This document shows positions 51,301 through 64,000 of a DNA stretch of 64,000 bases, piece by piece. The number at the start of each line of letters is the position of its first letter. Position 1 is the first letter of the stretch. The DNA is from Lingula anatina (taxonomy: Eukaryota > Animalia > Brachiopoda), in the NCBI GenBank assembly GCA_051362555.1, contig CM120641.1, positions 47,188,401-47,252,400 on the forward strand, written 5' to 3'. The position numbers and the translations under genes are program-made. Below the pieces are notes generated by a model. It was not told the DNA's origin, did not search any database, and worked only from the letters and a program-made list of their open reading frames with translations.

Positions 51301-54300
51301 CTGACTTTGGGGTTAACTCCAGGCTTCATCATAACAGAACACTTGCTCACACTTCTCGCCTGGCAAGTGATTTGTTGTAGAAACACAATGTTCTAAGGGT
51401 GGAACCACCATCTTTGAGCCCTGATATTAAACTTACTAATCACCTGTGACATTAATTGGAGTGTGCAATTCAGAGGAGAACCAACCCCATAAAAATGTGG
51501 ACCAACTCCCCAAAGCTGTTTAGGAAGAGTGGGATAATATCCCACGAAACAGAATGTTTACCCTTGTTGAAGGCTTGTCGCGCCATCTACAGGAGATAAT
51601 TGCAGTACGCGGTAGACGCCATCGCTATTAGGCACGTGACCTTTAACGAGCACATCCTAATGCTAATTGTGTGTAAATTTGGTGACATTTGATGGCGTCT
51701 TTTCAATTAAATGGACATTTCTTTACATCTGTAGAAATCACAATGAAACATTGGATTTGAGGGGATACCTGTTATAAATTAGACTAAACGGTATAAAATG
51801 TGCATATTCACACCACTATTTTGTATTTTTTGAACCATTAATCATGTTAGACATGGTATTTAGAATAAAAAGCACCGTTTATAACAATTTACACCTGTGA
51901 ACTGACCATTTGTAAATAAACGTACATGGGAATGGGGGTGGTACAACCTTTTTGACCAATGCTGTATATAGTGAAGTATAACATATTATCATCTAATGTC
52001 ATTCACTTACTATATATTTATATATTTACTATATATGTTTATACAGGGGGGATTTCACCTTCAGTGCATTATACCGTTTTTTACAGTCTTTCGTTTACGC
52101 TCTCCATTGAGTTTGTAAAGCTAGTTTAAAATTATTATTAATCAATCAACATTACTGTTTTTTTAGTCGGTCCTTCAGGAAACCGCATTTTGATAGCACT
52201 GATAGCAGTGTTTGCAATCGTCACCGTAGTAGCCATAGTTGTAGCCGTAGTGGCAGTGTCGAGATACTCAGCAACTCCCAACATCACCATTCAAGGAGAC
52301 CAAACGACAATAGGTGGCAGCACCTCTGGGCAAGTATCGTCTGCTTGGGGTTCTGCTGGGATCTCAGGCTCAGCAGTCTTATCATCATCTGGAGGACGGA
52401 TATTCATGATTGCTCTAGGACATGATATTGGTCCTCTTGAATATATGTAGGTAGATTTCTGTGTGTTATAGATATTACACAGTTAGGAGGCCCAAAAATC
52501 ACAAAGCTGGCTTTCAATGATGTTTTAATTCAGTAATATGGAGACTTTGGCCAATAATGTGTTGTTATTCAAATAACACAATTATTTTCCAATGTTTTCA
52601 AAGAAATTTAATCCCTTACAGATAAAATGTGAGCCAAAGAAAAACCGAAACGTATTACAAAACTATTTGTGCAACAATTACATATTTTATATAACATTTT
52701 TCAGACTTTTACTATATCAACTATACTCTGAATCTACATGTACATGTAGTCATTGTCATATCTAAATGTTTTATAGTCTACTTTGTCGTTTTATCTTGAA
52801 AAGAATTAATTAACATAGTGCTGTTTCTCTAATTCAGCAATAAGTGGCTACAGGGTGGTTAAACTATATAAAATACTGTCACTTCTGCTGACATTAATAT
52901 TTGTGAAGATAAAATCTATCGTGTTATACCCGTTATGTTTTCATTTTCAGAAACGCCTCTGGCTACTTGACAGGCTTTCATTTGGATTTAATTGACGCGG
53001 GTAAATAGACAATACATTTTAACCTATCTGTCATTCTTTGCTAGTGGTTACAAAATGTTGAATTTGACCAAAAATTTCAAACTTTCTCTGGGAAGCTGTA
53101 ATTTTGCGATGTGATAGCTACACCATCACAGTTTATCATTTCATAAAAAGGGAAACAGCAGCTGCCCTTTTTAGGGCACACAGGAGAGTTGAACAGCTAT
53201 ACCCACCAAATCCAAGACGCGTTACCCTGGGTAATATACCTGTATTTTGCACAAACTAATGAAAGTCTAATGGAATGTTTTCAGTTTTAGTTTAAATCAT
53301 AAGGGGGTGTTGTCTCAGTGCTTCAAAACTGGTTTTGAAGAATTTAATCCACATTTCATAATTAATAAAAATGGTGAATATGTGGGTCACGGTAACGTTA
53401 TTGACGCGGGTACAAAAACTTTTTATAATCATGTAAATAATAACAATATTTTTTGCTATTATCCATACACACTTCATTCATGAGGGGCACACCACTTTCA
53501 CATGCTTTTAAAATGGAATTGACAAACACAGAGGAATAATGCACATATTTTATTTACTGTAACTCTGTCACATGGGACACACACTGAACAAAGTTGATCT
53601 AAAGAATGTTCCAGATTGTAGTTTTTTATCTGAATTATTATTTTTTTATTATTATTTTAACCCAATAAAGTTCAGTTAAATACAAAATTTAACAAAATGA
53701 AGTTCAGTGTAACACAAAGTTCATAATTATAACATTCTTCCTGACATATGTGGACCAATGGTGATATCTGTTCTGTGCTCACTAAGGCATCCACTCTTGG
53801 GATTCTGAAAAAAAAATCACACAGAATCTGTTAACTATGATAACGAACAATGGATAACCTAAGATCACAAATAGTTTATTGCTTATTCAAAGAAAGTACA
53901 GTGCATTATGAGTGGCAAACACGCATTACTGACACACATTTTCTTCACCCATTTTCGGTGCTTCATTGCGTAACGTAAGTGTTGCTAGTAATCCATTATT
54001 GCTGTTTTTACAGACGGTTAAATTTTAAACGCACGGAATACAGTGTAGCAGCTTAATTTAAGACAAAACTAAAAAAAAGTAATTCAATTTCGATGATTTA
54101 GTTTTCGAGAACAAGAGAACATGAATACGGTATCACCGCGTCACCATGTTTAATATGACCTTTAGGGTACGTACGGATAAAATTTAGTCCCAAAATATTA
54201 CACGTCCCTATACTCCCCTTACCGATAGATACATAAAGGAAAAACGGAAAAAACGTCTTTTTAGATTTAAATACCGATAGATTCGATTTTTTTCTGCTGT

Positions 54301-56157
54301 CCTATATATTTGCGTTCCTATAGATATGACGTCCTCATAAACCCACGTCCTTTAAATCCGCATACCTATAGATCCACGTATTTTTAGATCCAAATACCGA
54401 TAGATCCATTACAGGTACACTATTGCTCGAAATGGTTGGTATACTACTCAGTACATAAAATGCACTTCTTTAAAACGGCAGTACGCAGTCAGCAATATAT
54501 AATTCTACTAGATCGTTTTCACACAATACTCAGTGAAAGAACATAAAAAGAACAAAAGTGTGTTCTATATTTCACAACGCTTAATTACTGTTCTAGCGTC
54601 AGAACACTGTTTAAAGCGTTCTCAAAATGCAACATTCGAACACGTAAAAAGTGTTCTGAATTTACATGTAAATGTGTTCTAAACAAAACAAAACAAAAAA
54701 GAACATAAAAATGTGTTCTAAAGTTCACAACGCAAGTTGATATGGGCCTTTTAGCCGATTACGATGTCAGATAGATGGATCTAGCGGTACCTGGATCTAA
54801 AGATACGTGGGTTTATAGGAATCTGTTGGTGGATCTATCGGAACGTAAATTTAACGAGACGTAAATCTATTGAGACGTGTATGTATAGAGACGTATCTAT
54901 CGGGGCGAATATTTTATTGGGACGTTTATCTATATGGCGGACCCCGACCTTTAGTCCCCCATGTGACACAGACGCAAAACGAAAGTTCAGACGAAGTCAC
55001 CCTACTTATAGAATGGTAAAAATCAATCGGTACACAAATATGTTGAAACAATTGAAGAAAAATGAAACGAAACTCATTATTTCTCACCTTCATACAAAGA
55101 AGATCCCAATAAACAATCCTGTGACGTTTAATTCGAGGGAATTACACCTGTGCCCTGCATCCTATCTCGTCAGCGTCATTGCGTAACATGTTATCAGAAT
55201 GGGCCACCCGCCAGTTTGAGCTGGTTTTTTTAGTGTGTAAAAGAAGCCATTCGTGTGTAGACGTCATCAGTTAGTGAGTATGGAAGAAGATCGCTATCGA
55301 TGTATAATTTTCACGCGGCATTTTAAAGTCGTCTGATAAGAATCGATCTCTGAAGTTTCAGCGTTGCGAACGTAATATTGGGACGCGGTGAAGAAATATC
55401 GACCTTGCTGAGCAATAAATGTGAAATTCTTAAGAAAACTGATATTATCATGGATTTCGTGACACAAACTAACCGAAATACTACTTTGGACGATTGAACA
55501 GTTTTAATACGGAAAGATAGGATTAGATGAAATTTTCATCGGGGTGGGACACCGCATGTATCGTAAGTTAAGCTAATTTTGTGATCATTTTTCAGTGACT
55601 TCAAATAAATTTTTATTTAAATAACCATTTGCACATTCTGTTTATTATATGTTCTTGCAGTAGGTGTATTCCCTGCTTCAATAATTCATTCAAACCCTAA
55701 ACAAACTGTTCCTAAATAGAGGTAGGGTCGAAATTCCACAAAAAAGGACGCCATTTTGAGGGTAATTTCGATATATTTTCTGCTTTTTCTCTTTTTTTGC
55801 TTTTATAACAACATCCTCCTTGCTCATGCAGCTTCTTTGATTTGTTATTGAAACATACACAACGATGTCATGAGAATTTGGTCGGCTATCTAAATTTAAA
55901 TTACATTCTTGTTATGGTCCCCCCGCAGTGCACCACTAGCAAAGAATGACTGCTATGCGTTAGTGTCTTCTTGCAGAATTTTATCACAGATTTATTCCCA
56001 TCTTCTACCAGTCTACGTATATGAATGGAAGAAGTACATATTAGGATATGTATTAAAACATGTTATTTTCCAAGGTGGAAACAAATGTTATATAAAATCT
56101 TACTCCTAAATTTGACTTTGGATCAAATTATGAAAGGGAAACTAGGAAATCTATAAG

Positions 56158-56194
<37 letters not shown>

Positions 56195-58956
56195 CGACAA
56201 AAACTAAACACATGTTTGAATTTCAAATGATTATTTCTCAACAGTGTGTACGGAGGCCGGTATGGACTGTCGTACAGTATGGGACAAGTATAACAACTGC
56301 TGGGACTCCACCCCAGGACAACCCTCACACGGCGGCCAGGGTACGTGAGTTATTTTGGTGCTGTCTCATAGACTACAGCACTTCAAAATTGTTTTATTGT
56401 TAACGTGATAAACATCTTAATTCCCCAAATTAGTTCTTTGCACACCAAAGCCTTCATTTTCTCCAGTAACACAACACGTCGTTAAGTCGGGTAATTGCTA
56501 AATAATATGTCGGTTAAAGCTTTTGCAGTGCGATTTTCGCAATGATTGCAATGATTGCAAGATCTTTATTCATCAGAATCCAAGTTTTACCCAGGCATAC
56601 TCCCCCCTTCCCCCCGGAATTAGGGAGGCAACATTTTAACGTATTTCACCCAAGAATTGATCATAATTGATACTTTATAATTGATACAATACAGATTGAT
56701 GACTTTGCCTTAGAATTGCTAATTTTAAATAACAGCACGCAAGGTTCAAACTTAAGCATCCTAAATAGGGGGTGCTCTTTTTAAAGTAAAAACTTCTTTT
56801 GAGCAGTATATAATTCCATTTGGAGCAAGTTGTTTTGGAGCGGCATGTTCATGTAAACGCTGTATAAGAACATACCTATTGCGCTGGGATTATACTACAT
56901 TTCAGGTTTGATGGGCCGTTGGTATGATGCCTGCACCGGCTGGTTTCGTACCTTAGAGAGGATCCAGGTGTTCAGTTTTTCTTCGTCATTCCTAAAGCCC
57001 CTGATCTGTTACTTATATGTCAAAACAGGGAACGCTGTTTTGTTTCCTCCTAGAAATTTAGCTAACAAGAAAATAGGTAAATTGCAATTACTGGTGAAAG
57101 TATATTAATTTGCGTATCGAAAAACGGGCTATGTTAAGATCTTTAATTGATGATAATATTCATTTTTCAAATATAGAAAATTATCAATACACAATGTTAC
57201 GCACTCAAAATTACAACTAAGTATATTAAGGTAAAGGTGTTATAGCACACTTGTTAGGTACTAGAACATTAGAGTAGTTGTGTGAAGAATTAAATCTTGG
57301 TTAGTTTATTATTTGAGAAATATTGTTCAACAAACAACATTATCAGTATACACTGCAATGCACTTAAAGTTACAATAATTGATTGCCCAAACAATTAACA
57401 GATTTACTGAATCAATTCAAGTAGAAGTCGCTATAGCGCCTGTATATTCCCTGATGCTGTTGTCTTGTTGGTCTTTATTGGTTTAGTCCGTATATCAGTT
57501 CTGTACCATCTACAGTAGGTTAACTTTAGTGTATTATAATGTGTTACGACGTAGGGAGGTTCGACCAATAATACGAAAATACAAATAAAATTGTAAATTA
57601 ATGAGGGCTACGTGGAAGATAAAATTTACATTAACCGTGTTTTGACCCTGATAAAGTTTGATGTAAATAAATGAATAAATAAACAAATTAATTAATTAAT
57701 TTGATAATAATAAAAATTAATGAAAAAAACCTGGATTATTGAAGGTCTCGTTGATGGATGGATTACTGATGAAAAATGTCTGGCCAGATGGACCGACGTC
57801 ACGAATCAGGACAATATGACCGTCGTCCACGCTCCATCTGCTGGAGATATCGTTGCCAAGTTGAAAAGTGGTGAAGTAAGATGTTATTCCATTAATACAG
57901 TATTTTACCGTTGCGTCATACGTAGTAGTCATTTACCTTGAAAATTTCCATATTACATTAATAAGTATGATCTATTGTTCTGTTAAGTATGCTGCAAATT
58001 ATATATAACCCATTTTCACAAACAGATGGATGTAGCATTTTTACCTGCCATCACAATGGCGGGCTATGCATCTGGAGCCAATCCCGGGGTTGAAAAAGTC
58101 CCTGGGGACGGTTTGTATTGCACGCTGGCTGGGAATGGAATGATGACACGGAAAGATAACGACTTCAACTCCCATTGGAACGTAGGATTCAGCAAACTGG
58201 TCTCCAGTGGGAAGTTTAAGAAATTATGTGACGCAGCAGCTACTAAACACGGTGAATCATATGCATATATTTAATATTTACTCCTCTATCACAAAAGTGC
58301 CACCCTAGGGTAATGGGAAAATTGATGTAAAAAATCAATTCATAAAACAATGTTTTATTCAGCTTCTAAACGGATTTTTTTATACAAATTAACTGATTGT
58401 ACAACCAATGAATAAGCTTCCAATAATAAAAAATGAAAGTCACAATTTAGTTTATATTTTATTTACAGTATCCGCTGGATTAGAGGATACACGTGACGTG
58501 CACGGAGTTAAAAAGTCAAATGTGGTAGGGGTGGCACTTTTTTCATGAGGGAGTATATACTGTACATGTATGAATATACTATATCAATATGAAAATAGAC
58601 CGAAGAGGCATTTTTCTTCAAACTTCGGATATCAACTTGGGTATGTTGAATGTGAGGAAAGGACGGACGATGACAGGCTGGGAAATAAGTGATAAAGGCA
58701 AATAAGATTTAATCAAAATTACGTTTGGTCTATTCTAAATAGAAATTGAAAAGCAACCACTAGATTTACTAGATATAAACGTTTCGTTAAATGCAGACAA
58801 AGTGTAATGCAATAAATAATGAAGATAATTTATTAACAGTTGCAAATTTAGTGCAACATTAGGAGACACTTTATCTTGAGCAATTATAATTGTCTTATCT
58901 AAGTTTTAAAACTTTTTGTAGGTTTTCGTGGTCCCGTGGACTGCGTCGACGGCTAA
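45313..58956 (+). CDS. Solute-binding-protein family 3-like type II membrane protein, paralog 3 (complete, 333 aa, most divergent)
   Basis: Exons 45313-45337 (MEGSTAPA), 52179-52446, 52951-53000, 56245-56340, 56906-57076, 57745-57875, 58026-58251, 58922-58956 (GFRGPVDCVDG*). Total 1002 nt, same phases as paralog 2; introns expanded by transposons. Confidence 0.86.
46230..51964. mobile_element. Tc1-derived foldback element in intron 1 of paralog 3
   Basis: TA TSD; near-perfect inverted arms 46230-46566 / 51626-51964, continuing as 50634-50930 / 51330-51630; transposase remnants (SPDINPTEHLW on -, degenerate copy on +); empty site at ~63700-63730 in paralog 4. Confidence 0.85.
46580..50633 (-). 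mobile_element. ~4-kb DNA transposon nested in the Tc1 arm (family uncertain, possibly Sola-like)
   Basis: Long inverted ends GGTTGGAAAAAATTGGTGACAAAGGTTTCTCAACTGATTCTGGTCCG (46583) and its complement (~50555-50602). Subterminal ~170-bp repeats rich in CAAGGTCA. Decayed coding fragments on - strand 47600-49250 (FKVCRPKHITL). Confidence 0.7.
54166..54945. mobile_element. Mutator-like MITE
   Basis: 9-bp TSD GACCTTTAG (54157-54165, 54946-54954); GG..CC ends; inverted subterminal CCGATAGAT / ATCTATCGG repeats. Confidence 0.6.
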
Positions 58957-60239
58957 CAATATCATTAAGTCCGGAGATTGAAAATTAAAAGAGAAAGAAG
59001 CCAATATTGGAACAAACTTCCTGTCAAAAACAAAACTCAGTTTCAAGTGTTAATTGGTTTCCAAACGAGAGGAATACCTTGTTCACATCTGACGCAATAT
59101 CTACCCTCTCTGAAGCCTTGGGATTATCGACCCGTGAACATTTCTGTTGTTTCAAATATGAGAATGGACTCTTCCTCAAAGTGAACAATTCAGTTACGTC
59201 GTTGACATATACATGTATATTGTGTTATAGGCCTATTTGCATATTTTTTATTTGCTTCGATAGTTTCACCGTGTGTACCATATATTCCTCTGCTATATCC
59301 CAGTAGTAGTTGTTATACATCCGTTTATGTTGCTCTCAGTCTAAACGCCTTAAATCAAATGTAGATATGTTATAGTCCTTGGATATTTATAAAAAAAGAA
59401 TATACACCATATCCATCTTGTGTTTGTAAGAGGTATACTCCAACACGTATTTTTATTGGTTTAACATTAGAATTTATGTGCACTGTCTCGCAAAAAAAAA
59501 ATTAAATGAGTGCATTGATAATTTTTTATTTGGTCACCAATTTTTCCTTTTATGAAAATAATATTTATACTTTTCTGTGATAGATAGCCAAATTACATGC
59601 GATTTGAACAACCCTTTTATAAACAACAGTAGTTCAAAAATTGGATTTTTGTTTTGATGCCTGGAATGCCTCCATCTTGAACTTTTTATACAATTAGAAC
59701 AGAAGTCAGTTTTGAGTCTGTTATGCAAAAGTTTTACTTTTAAGTATCTGAATAACATAAATGATAATAGAAATAACCTTTATTGAAAGGCAAGGTTGAG
59801 TAAATAGCTGGTTTGACAGGAATGGTTAAATAAGCAAATGTTGAAACTGACCTTCTGGTTGATTAAAATTTGATTTAATTTGCTTTCTGGTGTCGTTTTG
59901 AGAAAGTATATTGGAATTTTTCTGTTGATTGTATACATTAAAGGTAAATCCACTTGGCAGATTGAAATGCTTCATTTGGCAGACTGAAAATGATATTGCA
60001 AAATGCGTTTAAATCGTAGGAAGGTTAATTGCAGGTTGTATATATGCTGTGATGATATGCTAATATGATAGCGAAATTGACCCATCTTTAAATCTTTACG
60101 TCTACTTCCGTATTTTGATCAAGAAGAAATACCTGTAAGTTTAAAGAATTTCACGTTTTCTTTCGTCCATGTTCTGTGGTCAGAAATGTGAGGGGTGGTC
60201 TTTTCGGCAATTTCTGCCTTTGTATAAAAACGCATAGGT

Positions 60240-61115
60240 TTGGCCAATCTTTGGAGTTTTATTTCGAGAAGCAACAAAGGCATCGCTCTGAAACTTGACA
60301 GAATCTCAGCAACGCAGCTTACTATAGGATTCTTGCTCTCAGAGAAAATGCCAGAAAATTGCCAGAAACAACTATTGCCAGGCTACACGAACCATGCTAC
60401 AACAGGGACACCTACCAAATACCTCGACCTGGGTGCCCGCGTAATCACATCAGGAAGACAGGATCGCCTTCTACTTAGAGTGTGCTGTGCTGGTCGTACA
60501 AAGACAACCAGTGTCCTCAGAAAAGAGTGGCAGAATGTCATTCAAACGCCCGTTTCAGGTACCGGTTATTTTGCACGAAGGCCAGTACGGAAACCACTGT
60601 TAATAGGAGGTTAAATACAACAACGTTTGCATTGGGCTGGGGACCACGTGCGTTTGCAGCCATCGCACTGTAATCACATCATTTTCAGTGATGGGGCCAG
60701 ATATGTAGTATTTAGGATTGACGACTGAATCCCTATCCGCTGACGTGTACGAGACCCATAAAACGATGATTGTATACTGCCTGGGGAGCAAGCAGGGGGT
60801 GGTAACGTCTCTGTTTAAGGAGCATTTCATGCCGGTGCCCAGAACCAATTGGTTTTTCAAGAAGGCAACCTGAGACAGGATTCCTACAGAGACATTTTAG
60901 AGCAAACAATGCTTCCTTTTGTAAGTTATCTTCAGGAACAACTTTGTGTACCAAGACGACTACGCACCTCCACATCGAGCGATCAGAATCATTGTTTTTT
61001 TCTTCCAAACCAGTTCGTTCAGCAACTGCCCTGGCCTGCAAACTCCCCAGATATGAACCCAATTGCAAATATGTGGACGGAAGTAACTCACAGAATTAAT
61101 AGCTATGGTCAGGGG
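60240..61115 (+). mobile_element. Tc1 transposase pseudogene
   Basis: Frameshifted motifs RVITSGRQDRLL, GYFARRPVRKPLL, VIFSDG-like and QLPWPANSPDMNPIANMW. Confidence 0.85.
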
Positions 61116-62914
61116 CCCGTAACTTTGAATGTAGGAATGGATTCATTTACCATTGGAAAGTATGGGGAAAATTGTCTTTCACCCCAGTAAACCTTTTTTT
61201 TGCCAAAATGAACAGTCGTTATCCCTTTAACAATTACATAGTGAAGCCTGTGCATTTATTCTTTGTATTCAGTCTGGTCGAGCTGGTTGAATCGGTGTCT
61301 ATTGTCCTTTTGTACTTATCGCCTGCATAGGTATTTTTACCTCGCTTTTCCCTTTCCTTTTTTATTTTTATTTATTTGTTTATTTTATTATTATTTTCAG
61401 GCGCTTTGCTACCTACAGGGACGCATATAAATTGACACTGTTTTCGTGTGCTTAATTGTTATTCCAAACATTTAATTCGTGGTTACATATATACATAGTC
61501 ATTTTCTAACGCATTTACCTCTGTCTCGAATGGCGTTATTTGTTTTCACTACTTGCAAGTCAATATTAAAACATCTTTTTTTGTGAATGTTTTAAACCGC
61601 CAACTTGGCTGTAGCTTTCCCTATTTTTATCTCCAGTACATGTTACTACATTGGACAGGGAGGTAATGAAATTATCAAAAATGTTTTTTTCCACGACCTA
61701 CATTAAATATCATTAACAGCTATGACAACCAAAGAACAACCGAGTGAATGTCTACTCGTCCAAATGTTTTCGACTCTAATTCGCGAGAATCAGCCAGCAT
61801 AAATTTATTCCAAATTATGTGCGGATACACAGTGTATTGTTTTTCGTATTTGTACATCGTCTCCCACTTATTTTCAGTCATACACATTTGTGAATAGTCT
61901 TTTCGTCAAGCGTTCAAATACCTGTGTAAGAGGTGCTTAAGATACTAAAACGTAGGGCCAATGTATTTATTTTAAGAACTGGTGAATATGCTAGGCTTCG
62001 TTAAACACCAACGTTAACAAAAGTACGCATTCTTCTCATTTTTTATGGTATGATGCAATGTTTAGTTAAATGGTTACCTAATGTGATAAGTAAGCAAAAC
62101 CTTGCTATGATGGCGTTTTCCTTGTCGTATCCCGACCTCTCCCATCACCCCTACACTTCAACACGACTAATTTCACATACTAAAAATATTTATATTCTCC
62201 TTGTGAACTATTATCAGCCAAGGTCGCGATTTTTTAAAACCTTGTTTGTGAAATGTTTAAATGACAATACCGCAGTAGGTAAGAGAGAAAGATAGGGAGT
62301 GTGCGTGAGTACAGTGTATCTGCATGTTTTTGTTTTATAACCCTTCGTTTTGTTAAGTGCTTGTCTTTCCCTGCCTGGTTAATTTAATTTCTAGTCTTCT
62401 TAACATGCAGTGGTTCTCATAATATTTAATAACATGTACATGTGCTTAAAATAATTAAGTGAAGTTCAGTGCCTGGAGGCACTGCTATACTTAAGGCCAA
62501 CGTACACCCTCCCTCGTGCACACTTTTATTTACCATGGATTCGAATTATTTAGAATGCATGCCGCCTCCTTCACTGTAAACATTTCCTGGTTCAGTGACT
62601 TCCAATGAACCCATGGATGTCTTTTAGTGATCAGCTCTATTATTATAATAATTATTATTATTGACCAATTTGTTGAAAAAGTATGATCGTATAACCCTTC
62701 CATTTCTCTAAACTAGAGTAATTCTTCAACTGAGACCACGAGTGTACCAAATTAGCTGCTATGTTAACCACCAACGCCAGAAAAAGGGTACAGTATTTTA
62801 AGGCAACAACCAGTTCTACTTTCAACTGTTTTGTATAGAAACTGCACATTTCTAGTTACTCAAATTTTAACAAATTTATCATTTTTTTACAGAGTGATGC
62901 AGAAATTTGAAATC

Positions 62915-64000
62915 ATGGAAAGTAGCACTGCTCCTGCAGGTAACTTAAATATACCAAAGTATAAAAAAGAACACTACGTTAATCCGGTACATTTTTAACC
63001 ACATTATCATTATCATTATAATCATCATGTTCCCTGCTCTATAACGCTGCTCTATAAGTACGTCCCATGCACTGTGGGCGAATGTCCAGTATCTGTAATA
63101 GCTCTCAGGATGTCTGTGATAGACAGTACAGGGTGACCAAAAAAAGAAAGAAACCATAAAAAAATTTATGAAATCCTACAAAGGTCCATCAAAATTCAAG
63201 AAATTTGCTGGACTGTTACTTCAATATGAGTATGATCATTGCCCAAAGTTGCAATTATCTTGGTCACTTTGGATAAAAGTTCTTTTTAAGAATTTGCTCC
63301 AAATGGATGCACACTTGCATACGCCACAAAAAATTGTCGATTTCTCAAACACATTCCTCCTTCGAGATTTTCCTTATCTTTGCTGTGATTGCTCCCCACA
63401 GTTCACCGATAATTTGGGTGTTGTTCTGGTACAAATTGTCTGTGAGCAAGTTTTAATTTAATAATGTTTGTATACATGCTACAGACCAGAGCTAAACTGT
63501 TTCTTTACTGAGAATTATCTTTGTCTTTATACTATTCAGGCCCAGATCATTCTCTCTATACTCTCTGATATAACTATATGCAGTAGGAGTTACAGGTTGT
63601 TATCATTATCTGCTACATGTATTGACACCGTGTCACCAGTTTGTTCTTTTTATTATTGACCACATGGGAAAGAAGAGAAGAACCGTCATTTGGGTAGTAA
63701 AAATTGCCAACCATATAGTGAAGTATAACATTATTATCTATCCATCTACCTTATCTAACCGTAATATATTTTTGTTTGTTTATTTTATTTTTGAGTTTGA
63801 AATAATTATTAATGTCAACAAAGTGTCAATCAAAAATGTTGTTTTTTAAGTTGGTCCTTCAGGAAACCGCATTTTGACAGCACTGGTAGCAATGTGTGCA
63901 ATCGTCACTGTAGTAGCAATAGTTATAGCTGTAGTGGCAGTGTCGAGATCCTCGACCACTCCAAACATCACCATCCAAGGCGACCAAACGACAATAGGTG
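62915..64000 (+). CDS. Solute-binding-protein family 3-like protein, paralog 4 (5' part; continues beyond window)
   Basis: Exon 62915-62939 (MESSTAPA, GT donor) and exon from 63863 (GNRILTALVAMCAIVTVVAIVIAVVAVSRSSTTPNITIQGDQTTIG), homologous to exons 1-2 of paralogs 2 and 3. Confidence 0.8.

Overview
AT-rich eukaryotic (animal, probably marine invertebrate) genomic DNA with spliceosomal introns, microsatellites and many DNA transposons. The ORF track is mostly noise, and the real genes only appear after splicing. (1) A tandem array of at least four + strand paralogs of an 8-coding-exon gene (~334 aa). It encodes a short cytosolic N-terminus, one TM anchor, a Ser/Gly stalk and a complete bacterial-type family-3 extracellular solute-binding domain (HisJ/ArgT/GlnH-like Venus-flytrap fold), with no channel or transporter domains. 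Copies 2 and 3 are complete and intact; copies 1 and 4 run off the window edges. (2) Between copies 1 and 2 is a tandem duplication of BFAR (RING-TM-SAM-TM E3 ligase) on the - strand. One copy is a pseudogene (MITE insertion, frameshift, stop). The other is open but remodelled, apparently using a splice donor recruited from a hairpin element. (3) Many nested mobile elements (Tc1, P-like, PIF/Harbinger, Ginger1-like, Kolobok-like, 9-bp-TSD elements, Gypsy fragments), several with empty sites visible in paralogous introns. The best candidate for an undescribed system is the intron-containing, membrane-anchored, diversifying bacterial-type solute-binding protein family. All family assignments are by-eye motif recognition; no searches were run.
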